DNA of 50,648 nt, counting the filler, from a bacterium (GTDB lineage: Bacteria > UBA9089 > CG2-30-40-21 > SBAY01), in assembly GCA_040757115.1 (NCBI GenBank). It is 3 parts of 3 records of this genome, joined end to end, with 100 filler letters (N's around TTAATTAATTAA, not from the genome) between each part and the next. Parts side by side here need not be neighbours in the genome. Positions count along the whole stretch, not along the records: positions 1 to 16,932 come from JBFLYA010000075.1; positions 17,033 to 33,804 come from JBFLYA010000076.1; 1 more part is not named here. One strand, written 5' to 3'. Below are positions 9,115 to 18,663 of the stretch, one piece after another. Below the pieces are notes generated by a model. It made no database searches, had not been told where the DNA came from, and worked only from the letters and a program-made list of their open reading frames with translations. Both the position numbers and the translations under genes were made by a program. Every line of letters begins with the position of its first letter. The first letter of the stretch is position 1.

Positions 9115-10503
9115 ATGGAAGAGATTAAAAGAATAAAGACAGGTATTGAAAATTTGGATGACAAAATCCTGGGAGGAGGAATACCTACATACTCTGTAAA
9201 TATCATTGGTGGTACCCCTGGTAGTGGCAAAACTATCCTTACTCAGCAAATTCTCTTTAACAACGCCTCTCCTAAAACAAGGACGATTTACTTTACTACC
9301 GTCTCTGAGCCTACTGCCAAGCTTATTCATTATCAAAGAAGTTTTGATTATTTTGATGAACAGAAGGTCCGGGATGGTGTAGTCTCCTATGTTGATATTG
9401 GACATATTATTCATAGAGATGGTTTACAGGCGGGTATTGAAGCAATTACTGCGGCTATTGATAAGCACTCTGCTTCTATTGTAGCTATTGATTCATTTAA
9501 GGCAGTAAATGAATTAGCTGAATCTATTTCTGCCTTCCGTCAATTTGCCTATAGGTTATGTGTAGAATTGATTGCCTGGCGTTGTACTTCTTTTTTAGTA
9601 GGTGAATATAATCAAGAGGCTTTAGAAAAAGAACCAATATTTGCCGTTGCTGATGGTATTATTCACTTAGATAATAAGATTCAAGGGGTACAAAACCGCA
9701 GGACTCTTCAAATAACCAAGATGCGTGGTGTGAACTATTTTGATGGTATTCACTCACTTAGTATCTCTAAAAAGGGTATTGATGTCTTCCCTCGAGCTAA
9801 AACACCACCTAAACTATCATTTGAGCATCTTGGAGAAAGAAAAATATCCACAGGCGTTTCGGGATTAAATGAAATGACTGCTTCAGGGTTACCACTTGGT
9901 TCATCTACATTGGTTGCAGGAGGGGCTGGAACGGGTAAGACTACCTTAGCACTTCACTTCCTTATGAATGGAGTAAAAAATAAAGAACCAGGATTGATGG
10001 TTACCTATCAAGAGACTCCAGATCAATTGGAGATTATAGGTAAAGGTTTTGGCTGGAATTTGAAAAAATATGAAGAAGAAGGTTTGCTAAAGATTATCTA
10101 TACCTCTCCGGTTGAGTTAGATATAGATGAACATGCCATTGCTATTAAAAAAGCAGTTGAAGAGGGTAGTCTTAAAAGGGTAGTTATTGACAACCTGAGA
10201 GATATTGAAATTGTTGCTAATAACACAGTTCGCTATCATGATTATGTCTATTCATTGGTTAATTTCTTTAAGTCTAAAACGATTACTTCGATATTGACTA
10301 CTGAGACAGAAGAGCTTTTTGGTGTACCAAGACTATCCAGTGGTATTTCGTTTATTGCTGATAATGTCATCTTGCTAAATTATATGAATGTAGAATCTGT
10401 TATCAAAAGAGCGATGACAGTCTTGAAGGTAAGAGGTAGTGACCATGATAAGGAGATAAAAGAGTTTGTGATTACATCTGCTGGAATGGAAGTAAAAATC
10501 TAA
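9115..10503 (+). CDS. Double-domain KaiC-like (RecA-fold) ATPase 1
   Basis: Two Walker A motifs (GTPGSGKT, GGAGTGKT), Walker B VAIDS/VVIDN, KMRG/KVRG motifs. Confidence 0.92.
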   Translation: MEEIKRIKTGIENLDDKILGGGIPTYSVNIIGGTPGSGKTILTQQILFNNASPKTRTIYFTTVSEPTAKLIHYQRSFDYFDEQKVRDGVVSYVDIGHIIHRDGLQAGIEAITAAIDKHSASIVAIDSFKAVNELAESISAFRQFAYRLCVELIAWRCTSFLVGEYNQEALEKEPIFAVADGIIHLDNKIQGVQNRRTLQITKMRGVNYFDGIHSLSISKKGIDVFPRAKTPPKLSFEHLGERKISTGVSGLNEMTASGLPLGSSTLVAGGAGTGKTTLALHFLMNGVKNKEPGLMVTYQETPDQLEIIGKGFGWNLKKYEEEGLLKIIYTSPVELDIDEHAIAIKKAVEEGSLKRVVIDNLRDIEIVANNTVRYHDYVYSLVNFFKSKTITSILTTETEELFGVPRLSSGISFIADNVILLNYMNVESVIKRAMTVLKVRGSDHDKEIKEFVITSAGMEVKI

Positions 10504-10617
10504 GAAGATTTAGCATTTCTACGCCGTTCCCGACGATCCTGAATGTGAAATACTAAAAGAAATACACCAGCAACAATAGAAAAACTGAAAAGTACAAGAG
10601 TAGCCGCTTCCATCAGT

Positions 10618-10812
10618 TTATTCCTCCTTGTCTTTAGGGATTAAAAAGTAGGCTCCTATTGTCAATAGGATAGCACATATTATTCCACTCATTAAGTAAA
10701 GAGGTTTGAAAATACCTGTTATCAAACTACCAATTATACCGACAGTTAGGATAAACTTTACTATATCAAAAAATAAATCAGCTAATTTTTCACGACGCTT
10801 GCGATTATACAT
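10618..10812 (-). CDS. Small two-helix membrane protein
   Basis: 64 aa, two hydrophobic segments, own consensus promoter. Confidence 0.7.
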   Translation of the reverse strand: MYNRKRREKLADLFFDIVKFILTVGIIGSLITGIFKPLYLMSGIICAILLTIGAYFLIPKDKEE

Positions 10813-10830
10813 AGTTTTTTCTCTTATTTA

Positions 10831-10859
10831 ATTATAACCAATATTTCTATGAATGTCAA
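10831..10859 (-). promoter_or_regulatory. Consensus sigma70 promoter
   Basis: TTGACA-17-TATAAT. Confidence 0.75.
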
Positions 10860-10892
10860 GAAAAAAATGCTACAAGAGGGAGGTAAGTAAGA

Positions 10893-11312
10893 ATGAATGA
10901 AAAAAAGTATTCAGAAAAGGAAGTAGAGACGAAAATCAAACAAGAGATAATAGGTCTCTATGAGGAATTGTTTAAAACCCTCTGGGAGAAGATTGCTGTT
11001 ACCTTAGGCGGGATAACTTTAGTAGCTTTATTCCGACGAATTATTAGAAAGGTCTCTTTAAAATACACATGGATGAAAAGAGTAGAGGTAGGAGAAGAAG
11101 GACTTGATTTTAAAAATTTACACCGTAAGATGTGTGAGAGTGATAAAGAGGTAATGAAAGAGGGATTTAATACTGTTATTGCTGAATTATTCTCCTTCTT
11201 AACACAAATGACCGGTGATATTTTAATAGGTGAGCTGGAAAATATAGTTGAGAAATACATACCAGAAATGAAAGAGGAATCACGCACTACGAATAAGGAA
11301 TTAATTTTTTAG
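10893..11312 (+). CDS. Small helical hypothetical protein, KaiC-like partner 1
   Basis: GGAGGT RBS; clear paralog of 13066-13449. Confidence 0.85.
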   Translation: MNEKKYSEKEVETKIKQEIIGLYEELFKTLWEKIAVTLGGITLVALFRRIIRKVSLKYTWMKRVEVGEEGLDFKNLHRKMCESDKEVMKEGFNTVIAELFSFLTQMTGDILIGELENIVEKYIPEMKEESRTTNKELIF

Positions 11313-11345
11313 AATTTCATCTGACTAAAAAGGAGGAATAAAGTC

Positions 11346-12770
11346 ATGTCAATAAGAATTAAAAAATCAGTTTCTACAGTAGATTTAAAACCTCTCCATA
11401 CAGGCTTAAGAGGTTTTGATGAGATTATCTTGCCAAATGGCTTACCACTGTATTCTCTTAACGCCATCACCGGCCATCCAGGTAGTGGTAAAACTGTATT
11501 TACTTACCAACTGCTGTTTAATAATGTTAGCAAAGAGAATAAAGCCTTATACTTTACCACCATCTCAGAGCCACCAATTAAGGTCATTCGCTATTTGCAG
11601 CAGTTTAAGTTTTTTGACAAAGAGAAATTCTTCAAGTATATTAAGGTGATAGACCTGGGAAGTGTCTTAAGGAAAGAGGGATTAGAAAAAGGTATTAAGT
11701 TTGTCATAAATAAGATTGATGAGGAGGAGGCAAAGATTGTAGCTATAGATAGTTTTAAAGCTATTCATACTCTACTTGGGTCTGAAGAAGAGATTCGTAA
11801 ATTTACCTATGATTTAGGGGTTGAACTTCTTGCTTATCAATGCACATCATTTTTAGTTGGTGAGTATACAGAAGCGGAGACAGAGCAAGAACCAATATTT
11901 GCCATTGCAGATAGTATCATCAATATCTCATCCGATACCAAAGGATATTTACGCAGACGCTACTTAGAGATACACAAGATGCGCGGCTCTGGTTACTTTG
12001 CTGGTAAACATCGGTTCTCAATTACAAAGGATGGAATTATAGTTCATCCAAGACTTATGCCAAAGCAGAAAATGGTCAAACCTGATATAGATGTTTCCTG
12101 CCCAAAAATAAAGACAGGGATAAAAGGTTTAGATAAGATGCTTAATGGCGGCCTCTTTACAGGTTCATCTACACTAATAGCGGGTAATTCAGGGACAGGA
12201 AAGACTACTTTAGCTCTTAAATTTCTACAGGAAGGAGCTATAAATGATGAGCGGGGACTTTTAATATCATTTGAGGAATCACCTAATTTGATATTCAGAT
12301 TAGCAAACTCATTTAATATCCCGTTGGCAGAGTTGGTAAAAGAAAATAAGATTATCATCTTACATTACTCCCCAGTAGAGCTAAATGTAGATGAATTTCA
12401 TGCAAAGATTATGGAGGTTACACATCAACAACAGATACAACGAGTGGTTATAGATTCAATAGCGGATATTGAGGTATCCATTGGAGACCCTACACATCTT
12501 AAAAATTATATACTATCTTTAATAGACTACTTTAATGAACAATCTATAACCAGTATTTTGACATCAGAATCAATTGAAGGGACTACCTTTGGTATTACAG
12601 AAACTAAACTTTCAGTGATTATTGATGTCATCATCCAATTAAGATATAAGGAGGAAGAAGGGAGGATAAATAAATATATTACTATTCTCAAGATGCGCGG
12701 TTCTGACCATGATAAGGAAATTAAGAAGTTTGAGATTACAAACTCTGGGATGGTAATTGGTAACTGGTAA
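11346..12770 (+). CDS. Double-domain KaiC-like ATPase 2
   Basis: GHPGSGKT and GNSGTGKT, SFEES, VVIDS, KMRG twice. Confidence 0.92.
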   Translation: MSIRIKKSVSTVDLKPLHTGLRGFDEIILPNGLPLYSLNAITGHPGSGKTVFTYQLLFNNVSKENKALYFTTISEPPIKVIRYLQQFKFFDKEKFFKYIKVIDLGSVLRKEGLEKGIKFVINKIDEEEAKIVAIDSFKAIHTLLGSEEEIRKFTYDLGVELLAYQCTSFLVGEYTEAETEQEPIFAIADSIINISSDTKGYLRRRYLEIHKMRGSGYFAGKHRFSITKDGIIVHPRLMPKQKMVKPDIDVSCPKIKTGIKGLDKMLNGGLFTGSSTLIAGNSGTGKTTLALKFLQEGAINDERGLLISFEESPNLIFRLANSFNIPLAELVKENKIIILHYSPVELNVDEFHAKIMEVTHQQQIQRVVIDSIADIEVSIGDPTHLKNYILSLIDYFNEQSITSILTSESIEGTTFGITETKLSVIIDVIIQLRYKEEEGRINKYITILKMRGSDHDKEIKKFEITNSGMVIGNW

Positions 12771-13048
12771 TTGGTAACTGGTGATTGGTGATTGGTGATT
12801 GGTAACTGGTGATTGGTAACTGGTAATTGGTAACTGGTGATTGGTAACTGGTAATTGGTAACTGGTAATTGGTAACTGGTGATTGGTAACTGGTGATTGG
12901 TAACTGGTGATTGGTAACTGGTGATTGGTAACTGGTAATTGGTAACTGGTAATTGGTAACTGGTGATTGGTAACTGGTAATTGGTAACTGGTAATTGGTA
13001 ACTGGTGATTGGTAACCATTTAACCAGTTACCATTTAACCAATTACCA
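12752..13048. repeat. Heptamer array GGTAATT/GGTAACT/GGTGATT with short inverted tail
   Basis: About 38 units, starting inside the last codons of KaiC-like 2. Confidence 0.95.
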
Positions 13049-13065
13049 AATAAAGGAGGACTTCA

Positions 13066-13449
13066 ATGGAAAAGATAAGGGAAGAGGAAATTTTGACAGC
13101 TAAAAAGGAAGAGGTGGTAGATATCTATGAAGATTTGCTTAAGAAGGTGTGGGATAGGATTGTACTGACATTAGGGGCGGTTACTGTAGTTGCTCTGTGG
13201 CGTAGAGTGATTAAACGGACTGCTAAAAAATATACGATTCTTCAGTACTTAGATGTTACCACTGAGGGAATTCAGTTCCAAAAATTAAAATCCAGAATAT
13301 CTGAGCAGGAAAAAAAGATTATCAAGGATGGGTTTGAAGAGTTGATATTGGATCTATTTGATCTATTAGCTGAATTGACCGGGGATATGATTGTTGATAA
13401 ATTATTTAAGAATGAAGTTACAACCAGGCTGAAAAGTATCCCAGAATAA
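13066..13449 (+). CDS. Small helical hypothetical protein, KaiC-like partner 2
   Basis: AGGAGG RBS; shares YE.L...W..I..TLG..T.VAL.RR...KY, EG..F, K.GF, TGD with 10893-11312. Confidence 0.85.
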   Translation: MEKIREEEILTAKKEEVVDIYEDLLKKVWDRIVLTLGAVTVVALWRRVIKRTAKKYTILQYLDVTTEGIQFQKLKSRISEQEKKIIKDGFEELILDLFDLLAELTGDMIVDKLFKNEVTTRLKSIPE

Positions 13450-13487
13450 CAAAAGTAGAGAGTAGAAAGTAAAGAGAAATAAAGCTG

Positions 13488-15080
13488 ATGCAGGAGGAAA
13501 AAATGATACAAGAAAAAAGTAAATCTTATTTAGAAGAACTTTATAAAATCTCGGAGTTGATGAGTTCTACATTTGACTTAGAAGAATTGTTAGAATTGAT
13601 TATGGACTCAAGTATTAGAGTAACTAAGGCAGATGAAGGCTCCCTGATGCTTTTAGATGATAAAGAAGAAACTCTACAGATTAAGGTTGCAAGAGGTCTG
13701 CCAGAAGAGGCTAAGAAATCAGTCAGAATCAAAGTTGGCGAGCCAATTGCAGGCCTGGTAGCTAAAGAGGGAAAACCATTGCTTCTTACACACCAGAGTA
13801 TTAGACAAGACCCCAGACTTTCAGCCCTTCAGGAAAGAGGAGCTATTAAATCAGCTCTTTCTATCCCCTTAAAGACTAAGGATAAGGTCATTGGGGTACT
13901 TAATTTGAATGTCATTATTACTGAGGCTACTTTTACTAAAGAAGATGTAGCACCTCTTACTATTTTTGCTGCACAAGCTGCCGTGGCGATTGAAAATGCT
14001 ATGCTTTATTCTACTGCACAGCGTCGTACTGGAGAACTTATCATACTGAATAGAATTGGCAAAATGCTTAGTTCTACATTTGAGCAAGACCAGGTGTTAA
14101 AATTAATGTCAAAAAGTCTTGAGGAGATGATAGAGTTTGATATATTGACTTTACTTTTGTTAAATAGTGAGCGAGCAATGTTAAATATAATTTCACAAGA
14201 GCCTATTTCAGATGAATTAGTGGAGAAGGCTAAATTTCATCTGATTGATATACTTTGTGAATTTACAAATTGGAATTTTGATAAAAATCCAATCATTATC
14301 AAAAAAGCATTTAGAAAAAAGAGGCGAAAGGTTGTTTCCCATCCAATCAAATCTACCTTGAGTCTTCCTTTAGTGGCTAAAGATGAGACAATTGGTGCAG
14401 TAAGTATTTCAAGCTTTCAACCCAATGCCTTTACTCAGGATAACTTAAGAATGTTTTCTACCTTAACACCACAGGTGGCGATTGCCTTAGAGAATGCACG
14501 CATTTATATAGATATGCAAGACCTTTACACTGGTACGGTCGAGGCGTTGGCTTCGGAGATAGAAACTCGGAATCCATACACTCGGGGTCATTCAGAGCGG
14601 GTAACTCATTATGCGGTTAAAATGGCTAAAAAATTAGGATTTAATCAAAAAGAGATTGAGGTGATGAGATACGCAGGACTTCTACATGACCTGGGTAAGA
14701 TTGGTATCAGTGACCAGGTTTTACTTAAACCAGGTAAATTAACTGATGAAGAATACGACACAATGAAACATCATCCAATCAAAAGTGAATCTATTTTACG
14801 GGTAATTGCATTTTTACGACAGATATTGCCCATTGTTCGCCATCATCATGAGCATTATAATGGGAAAGGCTATCCCGATGGATTAAAGAGTAAAAAGATA
14901 CCATTAGGTGCTCGGATTATTACTGTAGCCGATGCCTTTGATGCTATGACTTCTGATAGGCCTTATCGAGAGGCAAAATCTGTAGAAGAAGCTATAGAGA
15001 TATTAAAAGAATGCTCAGGTACTCAGTTTGACCCAAAGATAGTCAAAACATTTCTGGAAATAGTAGCAGAGGAAAAGTAG
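13488..15080 (+). CDS. GAF-GAF-HD-GYP phosphodiesterase
   Basis: Two GAF-like domains; YTRGHSERV, LLHDLGK, HHEHYNGKGYP, DAFDAMTSDRPY. Confidence 0.93.
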   Translation: MQEEKMIQEKSKSYLEELYKISELMSSTFDLEELLELIMDSSIRVTKADEGSLMLLDDKEETLQIKVARGLPEEAKKSVRIKVGEPIAGLVAKEGKPLLLTHQSIRQDPRLSALQERGAIKSALSIPLKTKDKVIGVLNLNVIITEATFTKEDVAPLTIFAAQAAVAIENAMLYSTAQRRTGELIILNRIGKMLSSTFEQDQVLKLMSKSLEEMIEFDILTLLLLNSERAMLNIISQEPISDELVEKAKFHLIDILCEFTNWNFDKNPIIIKKAFRKKRRKVVSHPIKSTLSLPLVAKDETIGAVSISSFQPNAFTQDNLRMFSTLTPQVAIALENARIYIDMQDLYTGTVEALASEIETRNPYTRGHSERVTHYAVKMAKKLGFNQKEIEVMRYAGLLHDLGKIGISDQVLLKPGKLTDEEYDTMKHHPIKSESILRVIAFLRQILPIVRHHHEHYNGKGYPDGLKSKKIPLGARIITVADAFDAMTSDRPYREAKSVEEAIEILKECSGTQFDPKIVKTFLEIVAEEK

Positions 15081-15183
15081 AGAGTAGAGGGTAGAAAGTA
15101 GAGAGAAAAGAAAACCATGCAAAAGATTAGCCAAAAATCTCTCTACTCTCTACTTGCTACTTATGATATAAGGAAGTAATCTA

Positions 15184-16758
15184 ATGCAAATAACAAAGGA
15201 TGATTTAGAGAAAAAACTAAATATGCTTGCTTTACTTTACCAAAAGACGGAAGTTTTCTTCTCTTTCTTACACATAGACAAGTTAGCATTAGAGATAGTT
15301 AAGAAGGCAAAGGGATTTTTAGAAGTAGAGATTTGCTCTTTAATGCTTAAAACAGACGATACACTATACATTGCCGCTGCAATAGGTTTAGTTAATGATA
15401 TAATCCAACAGACAAAAATAAAATTAGGTAAAGGGATATCAGGCTGGGTAGCTAAAACAGGGGAGCCCCTACTAATCAAAGATATAGAAAAGGATAAAAG
15501 AGTTCGGAAAAAACACCAATCCAAATATTATACTAAATCTTTATTATCAGTACCACTTAAAAAAGATAATAATGTCCTGGGCGTCCTTAACCTGAATAAT
15601 AAGAAAACTAAAGAGATTTTTAATGAGGATGATTTAAAATTAGCTACTATATTAGCTAATCAAGCAAGTTTGGCAATCGATAGAATTCAACTCATACAAC
15701 AAGAAGATGAGCAAAAGAGGATGGTAAAAAAGAGGACTCAAGAGTTAAATTCATTGTATAAATTAGGCATCAGATTAAGTTCTTCACTTAATTATATTGA
15801 GATAATACAAATCCTTGAGGAGGAGTTACATAAGATTTTCTATTCACCAATAATAGTCTTGATGCTATTTTGGGAAGGGATAAAGAAGGTAATAGTCAGC
15901 AGCCAGTATCGAATTACAGATACTATGATTGAAAGGGTTAAAAATGAGCTAACACATAAATTACCACTATTTTATGATGAAGAGGTAAATTTAGATAGTT
16001 TTGAGTTTACTATACATCAAAAAGAGGAAATTCTACCTGTATCTAAAAAGGAATTAGCTAAACATAAGGTCACTTCATTACTTTTACCGTTAGTCTCAGC
16101 AGATAATGTAATTGGGGTAATTAGCTTAGGAAATAATGTATCACATCCTTTTACCAAAGAAGACCTGAGGTTATTCAATATTATTGCGAATCATGGTGCT
16201 GTAGCTATTGAGCAGGCATTATTGCATAAAAGGGTAGAGGAATTAGCTATCACTGATGGTTTAACTGGATTATTTAATCATCGCCATTTTCAAGAATGCC
16301 TGGATACAGAATTTAAACAAGCTCACCGTTATGGTGGGCCGTTTTCGTTAATTATGTTAGATATAGATGATTTTAAGGATTATAATGATACTTATGGACA
16401 TATAGAGGGGGATGATGCATTAGTAAAAATGGCGAAGGTAATGAAAGAGAGCTTCAGGGAAGTAGATATTATTGCTCGTTATGGCGGTGAAGAATTTGTT
16501 GTCATTTTACCTCAGACGGATAATAAAGCGGCTTACTTAGCTGCTAATCGACTACGAGTGGCTGTAAAACGAACGAAGTTTATACAAGAGTCTTCTCTTA
16601 CTATTAGTCTTGGTGTAGCTACTTATCCACAACACGGTGCTCAAAAGATAGAATTAATTAGGAATGTTGATGAGGCGCTATATCAAGCTAAAAGTCGTGG
16701 GAAGAATCAAGTCTGTATTGCCGCTACATCCTCGCAGGTTACTCTAACAATAAACTAA
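15184..16758 (+). CDS. GAF-GAF-GGDEF diguanylate cyclase
   Basis: TDGLTGL, RYGGEEF, REVD I-site. Confidence 0.93.
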   Translation: MQITKDDLEKKLNMLALLYQKTEVFFSFLHIDKLALEIVKKAKGFLEVEICSLMLKTDDTLYIAAAIGLVNDIIQQTKIKLGKGISGWVAKTGEPLLIKDIEKDKRVRKKHQSKYYTKSLLSVPLKKDNNVLGVLNLNNKKTKEIFNEDDLKLATILANQASLAIDRIQLIQQEDEQKRMVKKRTQELNSLYKLGIRLSSSLNYIEIIQILEEELHKIFYSPIIVLMLFWEGIKKVIVSSQYRITDTMIERVKNELTHKLPLFYDEEVNLDSFEFTIHQKEEILPVSKKELAKHKVTSLLLPLVSADNVIGVISLGNNVSHPFTKEDLRLFNIIANHGAVAIEQALLHKRVEELAITDGLTGLFNHRHFQECLDTEFKQAHRYGGPFSLIMLDIDDFKDYNDTYGHIEGDDALVKMAKVMKESFREVDIIARYGGEEFVVILPQTDNKAAYLAANRLRVAVKRTKFIQESSLTISLGVATYPQHGAQKIELIRNVDEALYQAKSRGKNQVCIAATSSQVTLTIN

Positions 16759-16932
16759 AAACCTGTCACAACTTCATACTAAATTGGTCATTTTGACCTA
16801 TAGCGGTTATTAACTGGAAGTTTACATAGGATAATATCCATAAATAAGGCATGAGAATAATCGTTCCGTTAGGAACATAATATCGGTAGGAATAGATAGA
16901 CAAATCAATCAGTTCCGTAGGAACGATATATT

Positions 16933-17032
16933 NNNNNNNNNNNNNNNNNNNNNNNNNNNNNNNNNNNNNNNNNNNNTTAATTAATTAANNNNNNNNNNNN
17001 NNNNNNNNNNNNNNNNNNNNNNNNNNNNNNNN
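16933..17032. other. Artificial contig linker
   Basis: N-run containing TTAATTAATTAA, 100 nt. Confidence 0.97.
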
Positions 17033-17277
17033 AATCAAAACGTGTTGTCTTTCACTTTCTCCCAAAACATGGCTCATGGCTCAACCAGATTGAAATTTGG
17101 CTAAGTATCCTCTCAAGGAAATTGCTCCGTCGAGGAATCTTTGAATCCTTACACGATCTTGAAGTAAAAATACTCGAATATATCATGCATTGGAACAATT
17201 TTTGGGCTCATCCATTTGCATGGACGTATAATGGCAAACCCCTTAAACTGTGAAAGAACTTAGCTAACACGGTACTA
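17033..17277 (+). mobile_element. IS630-family transposase C-terminus and right end
   Basis: HFLPKHGSWLNQIEIWLSILSRKLLRRG...HPFAWTYNGKPLKL* (stop 17253); end GGTACTA fits a TA target. Confidence 0.88.
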
Positions 17278-17888
17278 CTCAGTCAGGTGTTTATGGGGTG
17301 AGTTTAAATTATTTGAGTATAGATGACATAAAAGGTAGAGATAAAAATGGGAATCCAACAGGGGATTTTGGGGCAAAGGATTTAGCCTTTCAATTAGCTT
17401 ATAGTTTAATGGCTAATACAGACTTATCAGTAGGTGCCTCTGTAAAACTTATAAAGCAAAGGATTGAATGTGAACAAGCTTCTGCATTAGTAATTGATGT
17501 TGGACTTTTATACTTTGAACCAGGTCTAAAAAACTTTAACACGGCTTTTGTTATTCAGAATATTGGGACACAACTTAAATTTATCAATAAACGAGAGGAC
17601 TTACCAATTATCTATAAAATAGGTGCATCTTATAAAACAGATAGACTGATTTTATCCACAGATTTAACTAAGCCAGCAGATAATGATTTTCGAATAAACA
17701 TTGGGACAGAATATTTACTCAGCCCAACTTTAGTCGTAAGATGCGGTTATACTTCAAAGAATGATTTAGATAATGGGTTTAGTTTTGGGACAGGATTTAA
17801 ATTCAATACCTACCAAATTGACTATGCCTATGTCCCTTATGGCGATTTAGACAATAGCCACCGTATTCCCGTCTCATTCTACTTTTAA
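17278..17888 (+). pseudogene. PorV/PorQ-family beta-barrel, 5' truncated by IS630
   Basis: D.G, QNIG, G.EY, IDYAYVPYGDL...HR, terminal Phe; no signal peptide; frame stays open back to the IS end. Confidence 0.75.
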
Positions 17889-17953
17889 GCATTTTCCCGC
17901 CCGGTGTTGACGCCTTGCACATAAATTAACAATAACTATTCAGCCGCAAAGTA

Positions 17954-18101
17954 TAGTAGTTATTAACGAAAATTTCTCATAGAACAGATAGAGCAACATG
18001 GTTGATGGTTGATAGTTTATAGTTTATAGTTTCATAGACCATCAACCATCAACCATCAACTATCAACAATACTAATGTGAACTTTTGGTTAATACTTACT
18101 A
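17954..18101. mobile_element. TA-ended inverted-repeat element with heptamers
   Basis: TAGTAGTTATTAACGAAAATTTC ... GAACTTTTGGTTAATACTTACTA; a similar left end occurs at about 16801. Confidence 0.6.
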
Positions 18102-18320
18102 TATTAAGGAATCTCTGGATTGTCTGTGATTAACCTGAAATCGGCAAGTGGAGAATGAGGGATGGGTAAAAGTGGGTAGAAAAAGGGGTATTTTTGACGA
18201 ATTGGGGGGAAATTGAGAAGAAAAAGAGGAATTAAAGGAAAAACGTAACCGTTCAGGATATAGCCACAGAGAACACAGAGGGAATATATAACCACGAATG
18301 AACACAAATACAAAAAGATT

Positions 18321-18655
18321 CGACCTGTGCGGTTAGAAATTATCAAGGGCAATGGAATAAGAAGTATGATACCATGTGTCCCCCGCTGGCGGGGGTTAGG
18401 GGGTGGAATGTGAAATCTGACAAATCTAACAATTACGCATCCAATAAGGAATTTCAACCATTCGCAAAGAGGATTTAGAGTATTGAGATTTGCGGATGAT
18501 GAGGTATTAAATCAGATAGAAGATGTGACAAGAAATATTGAAATGGTGATTGAAGAGATTTCCACCCCCTTAATCCCCCGCCAGCGGGGAAGATTTCAGA
18601 TTCCATCAGTGGGGGGAACTCAAATTGGCAGTCTATAACCTAACCGCACAGGTCG
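18321..18655. mobile_element. CGACCTG-ended element carrying a deleted DUF559-like endonuclease gene
   Basis: Perfect 16-bp TIR CGACCTGTGCGGTTAG; direct repeat AAAAGATT on both sides; internal GC-rich inverted palindromes. Confidence 0.85.
18410..18565 (+). pseudogene. Internally deleted DUF559/Vsr-like endonuclease
   Basis: N-terminus VKSDKSNNYASNKEFQPFAK joined out of frame to C-terminus GFRVLRFADDEVLNQIEDVTRNIE. Confidence 0.7.
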
Positions 18656-18663
18656 AAAAGATT

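Noticed and set aside
9115-12770. A true KaiABC circadian clock
   Set aside because: No kaiA or kaiB, no C-terminal KaiA-binding tail, and the Thr phosphosite is missing.
12639-13019. 126-aa ORF of LPITSYQ repeats
   Set aside because: Antisense reading of the heptamer array; no RBS and it overlaps KaiC-like 2.
16933-17032. TTAATTAATTAA palindrome within N-runs (also 33805-33904)
   Set aside because: Identical 100-nt artificial linker with stops in all frames; not biological.
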